DNA of 64,000 nt from Octopus vulgaris (lineage: Eukaryota): positions 94,116,001 through 94,180,000 of the forward strand of contig OX597815.1 of the NCBI GenBank assembly GCA_951406725.2. Direction: 5' to 3'. The translations under genes were made by a program, and so were the position numbers. Shown here one piece after another: positions 12,830 through 25,704 of this stretch. Position 1 is the stretch's first letter; each line of letters begins with the position of its first letter. Under the pieces are notes generated by a model. That model did no database searches. It was not told the DNA's origin and saw nothing but the letters and a program-made list of their open reading frames with translations.

Positions 12830-13465
12830 GCCATGAGGTTTCCAGACTCCTATGGAGGACTTTCGGTCTCAGCTGCTTGGACTACTGCTCCCAACTATGG
12901 TCTCCAGAGAGTGTGAAGCAAAATGTGAAACTCGAAGCAATTCAGTGCCAATACACCAAGAAGATTAGCACGATGCAAAAGATGGGCTACTGGGAGAGGC
13001 TAAAGGAGTTGAGTCTCTATTCCCTGGAGAAAAGACGAGAGAGATATGCGGTAATATATATTTGGAAGATAATGGAGGGTTTAACTCCCAATTTCGGAAT
13101 TGACAGCTATACCAATCCTCGAACTGAACGGCACTGCATCATATCAAAGAGCCTGTCTTCCTCATCTAAAATAAGGTCACAGTACTGGAATAGTCTGGGT
13201 TTCAAGGGCTCGTAATTGTTCACCATCATGCCAGGCAGCTTTAGAGATCTACATGGTGTTGATGTGGAAGTTTTCAAGGAGCGTCTGGACAGGTTTCTAT
13301 TAGAGATACCAGATGAACCCACATCGCAGCAGGAGACACAAAGAAAAGCATCTCAGTCCAATTCGCTACTTCACTAAAAACAATATCGGAAACAACACCA
13401 AGTAACTATAGGTGGTGCACCAGCATGACCTCAGCCCCGGGCTGAGACCAGTAAAAGATAAAAGA
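12830..13465 (+). mobile_element. CR1-group LINE 3' end
   Basis: DYCSQLWSP..LEAIQ..YWERLKELSLYSLEKRRER; FKERLDRFL; short (taaaaga) tail. Confidence 0.85.
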
Positions 13466-13475
13466 TATATAGATA

Positions 13476-13506
<31 letters not shown>

Positions 13507-13509
<3 letters not shown>

Positions 13510-14620
13510 GAAAATAGGACAAGTTAGAAAATGCTAAAATAATTTTATCATGAAGAACATTTTAGTACCCCTTTGCGACTTTGAATGAGGCAGGAAAAAC
13601 AATTAAATTGTGGAAAAATTAAATGAAATGTTTTAAAAAAATATTTCCATAATTTTCAAATAGGTGGACATTTTCCCTTTTTCTGTTTCTCTCTCTTTTA
13701 CTTTTGTTAAGTCTCAGTAGGTAGGTAGTAGGATATCTGAACAAATATTTAATATGAGGGATGTTGGTTCTGGATTGTGATTGTTTAAGCAACAGTAGCC
13801 GAAGAAGGAGACGGCGAAGACGAAGAAGAAGAAGAAGAAGAAGAAGAAGAAGAAGAAGAAGAAGAAGAAGAAGAAGAAGAAGAAGAAGAAGAAGAAGAAG
13901 AAGAAGAAGAAGGAAAAGACGGGAATGACAGTAGTAGACTGTTGGTAGAGTCTTCTTAAATGGTTAAGTGATCTGTTGTAGTTATAGCAGTAGTGATTGG
14001 AATTGTTCTGAATAAATTCATGGTGAGTGACTGTTCTGAATATATCATTTTTAATATTTGCATGGGTATTATTCTGAGGCGCTTGTAGTAGTGTCATCTG
14101 TGGTGGAAGCATTCTAAAGGGGTTTATATTTTGCGATAAAATATGACTCTTTGCTAATGCACTGATTATAGGTTGTATCGTCCCTGAATTTATAGAGGGG
14201 GAAAATTCTGAAGTTGGGTTGTTCGTTAGTGGCGCAAATGTCAAAGAGTTCGCTAAATGCTATTTTTCTGTATTCTCGAATTTTAATCTGGGATCTATGT
14301 AGGGTCATCCTCTGGCGTAGACTGTTTTTGGTTTGGCCTATGTATTGCTCTCGATACCCTGAGCAAGTTAACACATATATTAGGTTTTCCGAATCACCCA
14401 TGAAGTTGTTTTTCATTGTAAAACGTTGACCTTGCTTGAAGGAGTACTCCGATCCCTAAATTAGGTTGACGCATTACTCATATCAACATATACACAAACA
14501 AAAACACAAGCCAGACTTCAACAAATAAAAGGGCCGAGCTGAACAGATGATAAAACAATAACAATCAAAGAGGCTGATAAAGGGAGTACAGTTGTCTTAA
14601 TGGACACGGTATACTATATA
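13507..14620 (-). mobile_element. Penelope-like element (Neptune-type GIY-YIG) 3' part with pLTR abutting (TA)n
   Basis: NLIYVLTCSGYREQYIGQTKNSLRQRMTLHRSQI...KESYFIAKYKP; 13507-13580 homologous to 63520-63780; plus-strand IKEADKGSTVVLMD at ~14565-14605. Confidence 0.8.
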
Positions 14621-14629
14621 ACTCTATGT

Positions 14630-14772
14630 TACACTGAATCTCTCTGAGAACTACGTTAAGAGTACACGTGTCTGTGGAGTGCTCAGTCACATGCACGTTA
14701 CTTTCACGTGTAGGCTGTTTCGTTGATCCGATCAACTGTAAACCCTCATCGCCGTAACCGACAGAGTGTCAC
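14630..14772 (-). mobile_element. SINE body fragment
   Basis: gacactctgtcggttacggcgatgaggg...gagcactccacagacacgtg; recognised from memory as a cephalopod repeat. Confidence 0.45.
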
Positions 14773-15019
14773 GAGAGTTGCATGTCTGGACACGCTCATT
14801 TATACTATGAACATTTAACCTTATCTTAATTAGCGGTCATTCGAATTAGCGCTTTTGTATAAGTAGCGGACTATAACACAGTAATTTCCCTTTGTATAAC
14901 GGTCTTTTTTCATAGCGTTTTTCAGATGACCAGATAACCGAAAAGATGGTGGTGTGGATTTCCACCTCGGCATCCGAAACTTAGAGTTTTATCTTGGCTA
15001 CCGAATAATTGTCACATAT

Positions 15020-15064
<45 letters not shown>

Positions 15065-15504
15065 CAGAGGCACACACACACACACACACACAGAGGCACA
15101 CACACACACAGAGGCACACACACACACACACACACAGAGGCACACACACACACACATATATATACATACATACATATATATACTTCTAAAACCTCTAAAT
15201 GGGAGTAGTAAAAATACTATTTGGTAACGTTTTTTTGCCACTATCACATGGCTGTTCTATAAAGAACTATGTTACTACATTTTAACCTCAGGAAAACGTC
15301 TTTTTCAGTTGGTTAACGACACATAACCGGTGTCCTATATATTGTGAGTAAGGGAGCGAGTATCTCCGTTCCAGCTTGGCAAGACCAGTAGACCATGGTT
15401 TCTGGGTCTTTACCATTCATCGGTACTGGATATCTGCCTGCTAGATTTGAACGTAACTGCAGATATAATCGGCTGTGCCATTCGCCCTTATATTTTTTTG
15501 ATAT

Positions 15505-15580
15505 ACTCTACTGAAGATCTGAAAATGATTATGTAAGTAAAATTACACAATCTATTAACGGTGAAACAATTGTATAGAGT
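15505..15580 (+). ncRNA. Type I hammerhead ribozyme with extended stem II in a PLE pLTR
   Basis: actcta-CTGAAGA-stem II-GAAA-caattg-TA-tagagt: intact core, 6-bp stem I, palindromic stem III, GUA cleavage triplet. Confidence 0.8.
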
Positions 15581-15848
15581 TAATCTATTTTTTCGTTATT
15601 TTCATTTGTCCTGCTCGCTTACATTCTTGGCGCGTTGAACTAATTCTTGAGAACAATTCTTTTAGTGGTGGATTCCCTTCGTGGATCTATATCTAGCGTT
15701 AGAGTGACCACATGTGGACTCTCTCTCATTACTTGTATTAATAATCTTTACCGTATCCCAGTTTTTATACGCTAGGCCACTTGGTGTTTTAAATTGATGT
15801 TATTAATTAATAATTATTATTAATTAATTTTTTTCACCCTTATTGTGA

Positions 15849-15933
<85 letters not shown>

Positions 15934-15936
<3 letters not shown>

Positions 15937-16660
15937 AAAAATGAGACAACAAAGCCAAGGCAGTGTGAAATTTCTAGAACATTTATAAAGAGAAAGGTAG
16001 TCTTACAGCTGTTTCAGGGATATAAAAGATATCCCATCATTAGAGACGATATGAGAGTTAAATAGAAGGAAATAGTAGAGTTCAATATAAGAAGTTATTT
16101 TGGAAAGACATAAGAAGTACAAAGGGAAGTATGAGGATAAAAAAAGTATATGTTGAATGTTAAAGCCGTTGTTCCATTATTCAAGGAATGTTCTGTGTAG
16201 AAAGGGTAGAGAGGCCTCTTGTCTATGGTATGTAAATTTCGATAGGTGTTCATATTTTGTTATTATAAGTGAATAGTTTGCCGACATTAATTCCAGGTGC
16301 TGTTCATTCAAATGGATATTGTAGTAGAAATGAAATTTTGAGAATATACTGATAAGGGGAAGTAAATAGAGAGAAGAGAATAGGTACGTATGTTAGAAGG
16401 AAGAAAAGTGGTATTGGTCAACAGGATTAACATCCAACATATACTTTATCTTCATAATTCCCTTTGTACTTCTTATATCTTTCCAAAATTACTTCTTATA
16501 CTGAACTCTACTATTTCCTTCTAGTTAACTCTCTCATATCGTCTCTGATGATGGGATATCTTTTATATCCTCGAGACAGCCGTAAGACTACCTTTCTCTT
16601 TATAAATGTCCTAGAAATTTCACACTGCCTTGGCTTTGTTGTCTCATTTTTTAAACATAT
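15934..16660 (-). mobile_element. PLE 3' fragment with ~230-bp inverted pLTRs, each carrying a hammerhead motif
   Basis: 15934-16162 is the reverse complement of ~16428-16660; HHRs at 16000-16047(-) and 16541-16588(+); spacer encodes a ...LNEQHLELMS... remnant. Confidence 0.8.
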
Positions 16661-16715
16661 ACACGTTCACTCATGACACGCATTAAGACTCCTCACTCAT
16701 ACTACTATCGAACCG

Positions 16716-16938
16716 GGCATGTCCCACCTCTACGTTTGAAGTCAATGAGGATTAATCAACGGCTCACAAATTAACAAAAGTTTTAATTATTTTCAGTAAT
16801 ATATATATATTACTGAAAATAATTAAAACTTTTGTTAATTTGTATATATATATATTACTGAAAATAATTAAAACTTTTGTTAACTTGTGAGCCGTTGATT
16901 AATCCTCATTGACTTCAAACGTAGAGATGGGACATGCC
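16716..16938. repeat. Near-perfect ~85-bp inverted repeat with nested partial duplication around (TA)n
   Basis: ggcatgtccc...ttttcagtaat / attactgaaaa...gggacatgcc. Confidence 0.9.
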
Positions 16939-17953
16939 TTCTCAATTATTTTCTGATAGTAAATAGAGACACAAGCAGATTGGTGGTAGGGTTACTAAAA
17001 TATATACCAGGCATGTACTAAGGTAATCGAATGAATATACTCTATCCTCTCTAAATTTGTCACGCCTTGTATACATGTCAGAAACGAGAATACGGTCTTA
17101 CAAACGCTTATGTTCTGGATTCTCATTTTGGGGTCAGATATTGAATTTACCTTACTGTATTCTATAGAAAATAGCTTTAGTGTCATTTGCATAATAAAAA
17201 GGTGAAATATCTAATTTTAATGATAATGCGTGTATTCTTTGGAACATTAATCTTTCAACAATTATATCTGGTGGTATTTTATATGTACAGCCACTTCTCT
17301 ACGAACCAATTAAACCATGAAATAGCATAAACTGAAAACTGAGATATATTATTAATGAAAAGATAAATAAAAGAAAAAGGACAAAAGCTAATGGCTTGTT
17401 AATCAAACTCTATTTTATAAGCTGTACGAATTAGCTAATTGGATGAAACGTCTGCTACTTTTTCACCTTAGTGCCCCAGATAGGGAAAACTGACTCTGAA
17501 ATGCAACAACAAATGATTGATCCTCATAAAAAAACGTTTGTCACAGGTGAAAGCTGTAATTATTAATTAACCTCAGGCCAATTCAAATCACTCAGACGAT
17601 TGATCAAAACTGTTCAAGCTGCTATTATCGTGTGTTGTATCGAGTGTATCGAGGATTAAATAAGCCACCGCCATCGTCTGTTTTTAAGATGGTAGGGAGG
17701 GACTTAAGTGCGGCTTGGCTGCTATTTCTACGAGATCGAGTGATCATATTAAGGTTTTATTGTTGCTGCATTTAGCAAAATTTTGGTCAATTCACATGGT
17801 GTTTTTTTTTTGTAAGCCCTACCAGATTGGTGAGACTGAATGCGGCTAATGTTCTGCCATGATATCTGTTGGTCAATACCTGCAAGAAAAACGAGAAGCT
17901 ATTAAATAAGGCAGTTTGTTAGCTCTGCCATTCTGAAATAGGTGGTAGCTATA

Positions 17954-18338
17954 TCTTTATATATAAAAGTAAGGTTGTGTGTCTGTCTCCTACGATTTAG
18001 ATTCCTAACTACTCCCACATTTTGCGGTGCAGTTTAATCAAAACCGGGTATCTTCTAGTCGTGATTCATATCGAGCCCTTCTGGGTATTAGCGCGCGTCT
18101 ACGATGAGTCTACGATTAAAAAAAAATTACCATAATTTTTTTCCATTTTAATGCATTTTTTCGCTATTATATAAGGGAAGTAACTCTATAAAAATGTCTA
18201 CGATGAAGTCAACGATTAAAAAAAAATTACCATCATTTTTTCCCCATTTTTAATGCATTTTTTTGCTATTTTTTGGCTATAACTCTTTAAAAATGCTTAT
18301 ATAGTTATTTCCCTTACAAACCCGAGCAACGCTGTTAG
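17954..18338 (+). mobile_element. Non-autonomous Helitron
   Basis: A|TCTTTATATATAAAAG start, internal direct repeat, cccgagcaacgc..ttag|t end. Confidence 0.65.
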
Positions 18339-18661
18339 TTTTTGATAAAAGTTTGTATTTGTTTCTATGTCCATTTTCCCATCTCTCTCTTTTATGTGTA
18401 GATATTGCTAGATCTCTCCGTCCCACTGCGCAACACTGTGGTGGCAGCGGAGAAATTACAGCCGTCTATATCTCATTGACAGTTTTGCCACTTGGTGCAT
18501 TTGTTTATTTGTTCCATTGTTTGTTTGTTTGTTTGTTTGTTTCTTTCTTTCTCTCTCTTTTCCTTTTTATCCTTTCTCTTTCACTACTTTTATAAAACCA
18601 TTTTACTTTTCTCCTTTTTGGTTTTCCTCTACTCTCTGTTTGTCTGCCTGCCTGCCTGTCC

Positions 18662-18717
<56 letters not shown>

Positions 18718-18939
18718 TTTCTCACTTATTTTTCTTTATCTTTATATCTTTTTTCTTTTGGTTCAGACTTTTCTGTTTCTTTTATCTATCTTTCATCGTC
18801 TTTATTTTCTATCTCTGCCACTCTAAATATTATCAAAACCTATTTTAATTCACTGCTTCTCTTTTTCCGTTCCTCTAGAATCAGAAGAGTTGGTTAATGT
18901 AGAGTTGAGGCTAATCATGTTGGGACGTTCGTAAGTTGT

Positions 18940-19900
18940 AACAGTGACATTGTTAGAGAAAATATGTATAAGCCACTCAACATATCTACTACTTTCTATG
19001 ACTTCTTTGGAAAGTGAAAGGTGGGAGGAGTAGTAGTGCTGCTGTCAAGTGATATCCATTGGATCCTACTAATAACTTCAAAAGAAACAAAAATATGTGC
19101 TTGCCTTAAATCGTCATTCAAAAATAAGAGTTATTTTTCTAGAGATCAGCGGTTTGATCAGGTTGTCAAAAAATTGTTACAAGTTGGAGAGGGAAGATTT
19201 TCTTCTGGTAGTTATGGTACCATTGTACCAGATCCTAAAAACACAGTGGTTAAGACAGCGGACGAATTGATGTCGAAGTTGTTCCTGAACCTTCAACATC
19301 ATTAATTAACACAAAAGTTGCTATGTGATAATAAAACGGATTTTTGCGTCAGCGGCATCAACTAGCAGGTATTGTCGGCGCTTACAGAAAATAGTGATAC
19401 TTGCTAACAAATTGACATTATTGTGGGTTAGGAAGAAATAGTTCCCAATCCTTCGTAAATTCAAAAGTCGCTGGAACCTTAAGGTTCCATCACACAGATT
19501 TCAGCCAAAAAAAAAAAAAAAAAGAAAAAAGAAATGAATCTCAGTAATACTGCCACGTAATTTAGAAAAGCCGTAGTTGTACAATGGCACAAGACTAATA
19601 ATTAAGGAGTTTATATTATATGCCATCGATGGTACTATTCTCATTTGGTACACCAGAAGAGAGGAAATGATAAGACCCCCTTTTCGATTTTGAAAACTTC
19701 ACTTTCGAGAACACAAGCTTTACCATATCAACCAATAAAACCTGACGGCATACATTTGCAGTTTCTGGACTACTTTGCTAATGGCCACTTTTATGTAGGC
19801 TGCACAAGTGTTGGAGGCCTCTGTGATCTAATTATGTCTCTGCTAGTAAATCTCAAAACATTGTACATCTGGAGATGCTGACCTGACAATATTCCTAATC
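18940..19900 (+). pseudogene. Degenerate Helitron PIF1-like helicase
   Basis: GGVVVLLSSDIHWIL (GGxxVLLxGDFxQxL-like), ACLKSS, LLQVGEG, and LPRNLEKP.LYNGTRLIIK near 19550-19610. Confidence 0.75.
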
Positions 19901-20144
19901 GCCGAGGTACAGATTTCATATAATATAAGTTGCGACTCATTGCAACATTAAATTAAATTTCCTATCATTGCATGTATTACAGTTATCAAATTTAAAAGTG
20001 TGAATTTTATTTATGGTCATTTCGGCATTCTCATTTTATAAGAATGGTTTTAATTCCACGGATGGGTCACCTCTCGACACGATTGTTTCTATACATTTAA
20101 AAAATTAATTTAAGAATTAAAGAATTTCAAGAATAAAAAATGAT

Positions 20145-20345
20145 ATATGAGTGGCTACCCAAAAGTAACCGGAAATGACCTCTGTAGGACAAGCTCATTG
20201 CAGTTCAGGGTTCCGTCACAACAAGCCACTTGACGCAACTCTTAGGCATAGTCTGCCGACCGGTGTCGTCGGCTGAAGTCGTACTTCTACGTGGCGCGTT
20301 TTTGCTTTGCAGTGCTTTCCCCCTGTTCGTCGATTTTTGCGTATT
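20145..20345 (+). mobile_element. Mariner-like 5' terminal remnant
   Basis: tatgagtggctacccaaaagtaaccggaa TIR-like start. Confidence 0.4.
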
Positions 20346-20699
20346 ATTTAATACTTTCCAATTAGGCACATGTTATTTGCACAATTAAATTACGAAATAT
20401 TCTATTCATATTGAACGTCTATCTGTACCACAGTGTATTACACACCAGACTACTATAACCCTATTGGGAAACAGTTTCAAAAGAATCTGATAGTGTTATA
20501 TAAAACGGAATATGCCTTCACGAAGAACAATTCTGGGTAATATACAGCAACTTTTCAACCTGGGCTGCGCCTGATAATTTACAGTGATGTATGTATGTAT
20601 GTATGTATGTATGTATGTATGTATGTATGTATGTATGTATGTATGTATGTATGTATGTATGTATGTATGTTTGCATGTCACTTTTGTATCACTTAAATT

Positions 20700-21234
20700 C
20701 TTCCTTTGAAGAAGGAACTGGTTTCTAACAAAGATACAAAGCTACATCTTTGGAATGTGGATAAGGAAAAGAATGTCACATTTTAAACCCGAGAAAAGTC
20801 TTGCATAATTTTACTGTTCCACTTACAGAATGTATTTGTAATGTGCGAATTATTTGGTTTACTTTCTTTATCTGAAAATCCAAGCTTATCCAAACTGACA
20901 GTTTAATTATTAGAAATCTCCCACTGAAGAGGGAGCCGGTTTCCAACAAAGACACAAGGCTCCATTTTGGGATGTAAACATAGGCAAATTCACATTTGGA
21001 AATTGGGAAAAGTCTTGCATATTTTTACTGTTCCACTCACAGATTGCACTTATAATGTACGAATCAGCCGTTCGATTTCTCTTTCTGAAAATCCCAGTTA
21101 ATTCAGATCCTCTTTTACTAACAAAACCTAGTGCTCCAATTATTATTGTTATGAATATGAATTCATAGTCTGGGTATAGAAGCTGGAGGTTTCGAAGCAG
21201 TTGTCCATAGATATCCTCTTTTTCTTTGATTTTC

Positions 21235-21236
<2 letters not shown>
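20700..21236 (-). mobile_element. R4/Dong-like (RLE) non-LTR retrotransposon 3' ends, two copies
   Basis: KIKEKEDIYGQLLRNLQLLYPDYEFIFITIIIGALG; duplicated ggaaccggtttc..acaaagacacaaggct tail. Confidence 0.7.
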
Positions 21237-21269
<33 letters not shown>

Positions 21270-21759
21270 TGTATGTATGTATGTATGTATGTATGTATGT
21301 ATGTATGTATTTATGTATGTATGTAATGTATGTATGTATGTATGGATGGATGATTGCATGTACGTACTGGATATGACTTTAAACTGCATTCGGTAGTAGA
21401 GACTCTGGTACGAGAGTTTCTGGGTTTTGAGGAGTATGGAACAACTTCTTAACCACTACTGATTGTCTGAGCTCTACTCTGAGCCGGAGTAGTAGCATCT
21501 TTTATGGTCCCAGCTATAGGTTAACTAACATGTGAATTACTGAGAGTGAAGGACCTCTAGTTCTCGTTAGGGCTTCCTTCTAGAAGAAGGTTAACTCGTC
21601 TAAAAACACCTGAAGTTTAATTGCTCTCCAGTCGTCTCAACCCGTGTTGTGCTACTGGTTTTACAACTTATTGGGCTGAGAAGTGGGACCAGTGGTGTGC
21701 AACATTTTATCCACTCAAGACAAATTCACGTACACAACACACACACACGCACGCGCGCG

Positions 21760-21841
<82 letters not shown>

Positions 21842-21864
21842 ACATTAAATAAAATGAGTCAATG

Positions 21865-22295
21865 AGTCAACACAGCCAAGGTAGTGTAAAATTTCTAGGA
21901 CATTTATAAAGAGAAAGGTAGTCTTACACCTATTTCTTGGATATGAGTGATGTCCATTCATCAGAGACAATATGAGAGAGTTAAATAGAAGGAACTATTA
22001 GAGTTATTTTGGAAAGTGAGAGATATAGGAATATAAAGGGAAATAAGAGAAAAAAATATATATGTTGTATGTTACAGTTGCAGTTCCATTATCCAAGGAA
22101 AGTGTTACGTGTTCTGTAGAATGGGTAAAAAGGTTTCTTGTCCATAGTATGCAAATTCAGATACGATTCATATTTTGCTATTACAGATGGATAGTATGGA
22201 GACATTAATTCTATGTGCTGTTCATTCAAAGGAGTCTTGTAGTGTGAATGAAAGTTTGAGAAAGTACGTGTCCTCTGGGTATCAAAAATTCTCAT
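21865..22295 (-). mobile_element. PLE 3' fragment with hammerhead at 21921-21968
   Basis: Homologous to 15934-16340; gtct-CTGATGA-atggacat..atatccaa-GAAA-taggtg-TA-agac on minus strand. Confidence 0.75.
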
Positions 22296-22799
22296 ATATA
22301 TATATAAATATATATATAAACATCGGTTGGGCCAAACCGCCTCTATCGACCTTTGTTCTAACTACGCTTCTATGTAGGTAACGGACTGAAAATAGCACAA
22401 AAATTTCTTTTTACAGTGATTAACTCCCATACATTTTAAACAAGATAAATAATAAAGAATTAAATACATGAGTTATCTCCCTTAATAGAAATAATATGTG
22501 AAATAATTATTTCCCCTGAACAGACATACGTATCAAATTACGTAGGACCGTGTGCACACACACATATGCCCACACATATTTACACACACATTCACACACG
22601 TATAGAACTGGCAGAGCGCACGTGATTCAGAGTGCACCAGGTAGATCCACTTTTTCTGTTCACGGAGAGAAAACGAAACAATATTTGTTGGCATTTATCA
22701 AAATGAAACCATGAATATTACAGGGGTTTCCAGGCTTTTTTCTTCTTCATTTTAGTACCAGTCCTTTTCCTGTTATACAGACCTAGCATAGTGTGCTTT

Positions 22800-23680
22800 T
22801 GTTAGTATTACAGTCTCCGTCTGATATCAAGATTCGTGGCTTTCGCTTTTCATATTTAGCCTACGTCGTTCTACTTTGCTTTTCATAGTCTTGAAGGAGG
22901 ATTGACATTGTAGTGATGACTGAGCGGGCATGAAGTATCACCTCAATGTGAGTAACTGTGTGAAATATATACTATTTTATGTTGGCTTGGCAAATGAAGG
23001 AAACGTTAAGTATGTGTCTATTAAATATCTTTCTATATTTAGGAGTGAGGAGGGGAGATAAATGTCTATGAATTAACCTAAGTAAGATCTAAACTGTAAT
23101 GTATTTGACATTTAACGAGAAAGAGTGCGCAAACTAAATGACTTCGCAGTATCGTTTTCATTTTGCGGGGTCCGGGTTGTGAGTGTAAACAATATTCTCT
23201 TTGAAACCGTTCACCACAAACAGGCGCTGTATCGAATATCTCCTTACCAGAGGACAAATTTAAGATTCACCTACACCTTTTGCTAGGTTCTTAAACAATG
23301 AAGTTATGTGATAAGACTTAATGTGAACGCAAGTTTTTCATTCACTTTTCCGAAGGGCTTGTATAATCTAGTGCCTAAACATTGTGTAACATTTAAGATG
23401 TCGGCTATTAGTTATGCTAGTCACTATGGAGATCCTTTGTTTAGAACATCTGAAAACTTGGATGACCTTCCATAGTTTATTTACAATATGTTCACTGGAA
23501 CCTCTAGATAGTGCTATGGTATCCTCTTTGTACAGATCAAAGGTTGTAGGGGGAAGTTTCTTATTTAACGCGCCTAAGATGTACAGGGCCATGAAGCAGA
23601 GATCTACCCTATTAAATGATCCCATTTATATGCCAAAAGGAAGCATTTAGGTTCGATCACTTAAGTAGCACTAGTGTAAT
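22800..23680 (-). mobile_element. Degenerate Nematis-type PLE reverse transcriptase
   Basis: MGSFNRVDLC...LYKEDTIA (GLYRDDGL-like)...IQVFR; downstream EVI*FAHSFSLNVK resembles IIWFNPPYSxNVK. Confidence 0.65.
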
Positions 23681-23694
23681 AAACATTATTGATC

Positions 23695-24128
23695 ACACAT
23701 ACTTAACATATACACCCAGCCTTTTTGCCGGTAGGCTGCGAATGGGGTGGTTGAAATACCTCCTTCAAAACACCGGGTGTTAAAACACCTGAAAGTCATG
23801 ACCAGGCGAAACAACACTGCTTCTATTTCATATTTGAATTTATTCATACGTATGCATTGTCAGGGCACACCAGCACATAGTTTATACACTATATGGCTAA
23901 TATGCATAAAGTCATGGACTGGCGGTACGACTCACCTCCAATTTGGTTCGGTTACGTGATGTTGAAAAGCCTTAAAAATGTCCATCACTCCTGAATGAGA
24001 TTGGAGGTGTGTTGTGTCGCCTGTCCATGACGTTCAGGTGTTTAAGCACCCGGCACTTTGAGGGAATCATCTCCCCCACACTAATTCGCAGCCTACCAGC
24101 AAATACGCGAAGCGTGTCTATTAAGTGT
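23695..24128. repeat. Diverged ~125-bp inverted repeats next to the PLE remnant
   Basis: ttgccggtaggctgcgaat / attcgcagcctaccagcaa; gggtgttaaaacacctgaa / ttcaggtgtttaagcaccc. Confidence 0.75.
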
Positions 24129-24313
24129 CTTCCAGAACTGATATCGTGAAAGATTAATTTAATTTAATTCATTTCAATTTATTTCCCATTTTATTTCAGC
24201 ATGAGTAAACCGTCTGTTAATGTGATGGAAACCGATATGTAAATACTTTCTTCATTCTCAAAGCACTTTCTTCTTTTGTATTTTAATATAAATTTATGCG
24301 TGTGAAACCTCTT

Positions 24314-24384
<71 letters not shown>

Positions 24385-24414
24385 TGTGCGTGTATGTGTG
24401 TATGTGTGTGTGTA

Positions 24415-25095
24415 TACGAAGTGCGTTAAAGAAGTATCCGACTTTATCTTTCCCTGCCAAAACTAAGGCTGCGTGGGTAAAATCCTTTGGGCTGGAGGTA
24501 ACAACATAATTCCTGCTCATACGGGAATGTTTACGCGCCTCTAGGCCGCGTCTGTTCCCAGCTGTTACGCCTAGAATACAGACAGCATTGCGCTCTCGTC
24601 GGATTTTCGTTTTCCTCGAACTCATCCATCAGAGATATTGTATTAAGTTTTGCCAAGAGCTTGGTGATACTCAAGCTCAAACTACCCAGAAGATTTAGTA
24701 GGCTTTTGGCGATAATGCCATAGGTAAAACTCAGATCAAGGAGTAGTACAATCACTTTAAATATGGCCGCACCGCAGTAGAGAGCGAGACACGCTCAGGC
24801 AAGCGATTCACAAGACGAAACGAAGATCCGATTGAGAAGGTTCGGCAAATAGTCATGGAAAACTGTTGTGTAACAATTCAGGAAATTGCTCCTGAATTGG
24901 GGACGAGCGCAGGATCAGTGCATTCCATTTTAACGAAGGATTTGAGCATGCAGAGAGTGTCGACGAAATTCGATCCCAAGGTACTGGCTGAGTAGCAGAA
25001 GCAACTCCTCATGGAAATCACTCAGGACTTGCTGGACCATGGAGACCACGACCCAGATTTCATCACTGGCCATCATAACTGGTAATGAGACATGA
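24415..25095 (+). mobile_element. Mariner transposon 5' half, degenerate
   Basis: QRYCIKFCQELG..AFGDNA..IKE*YNHFKYGR..RSG..GSVHSILTKDLSM..ITGNET; tacgaagtg TIR-like start. Confidence 0.85.
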
Positions 25096-25629
25096 ACTCT
25101 GCTTGATGTGTTCAGACATCTTGTATGAAAACGAAACTTCGACGAGCGCGTGTAACAGCCGGGAACTGACATTGACTACTGGCGTGAATGTCATATTTTA
25201 ATTTACCAATATTGATGTTTGCTATGATTAGATTCTCTTGCATTTCTCGTACGGCCATCCGTGTTCAATTGCTTAGTCTTCGAGGATCTAAGTTTCTCTT
25301 TGTCTCATATTCTGGAGACTTGCACTCTATCTTCTTCAATCTCTCCTTTGTTTCTGATATCCCAGATTCTTGCTGTCGTTACCTCATCTGTTTGCTGTTG
25401 TCTCTTTTCACTTGCCGCTTCCCGACGCAGCTTGGCATCATCACTTGGCCCTGATGATCCCCTTCCATGTGACATAATCGACCAGTGTGTAATGTATTAG
25501 GAAAATCAAAACAAATAAACGAAGTGAATAAAAAGAGTAAGAAGAATGAATTAGAAAATGAAAACATTTCTAAATAATATGAAATGAAAGAAATATCTAA
25601 ACATGAAATGATATATGATCTACGCAAAA

Positions 25630-25657
25630 TGATGTATGTGTGTATGTGTGAGAGAGA

Positions 25658-25704
<47 letters not shown>

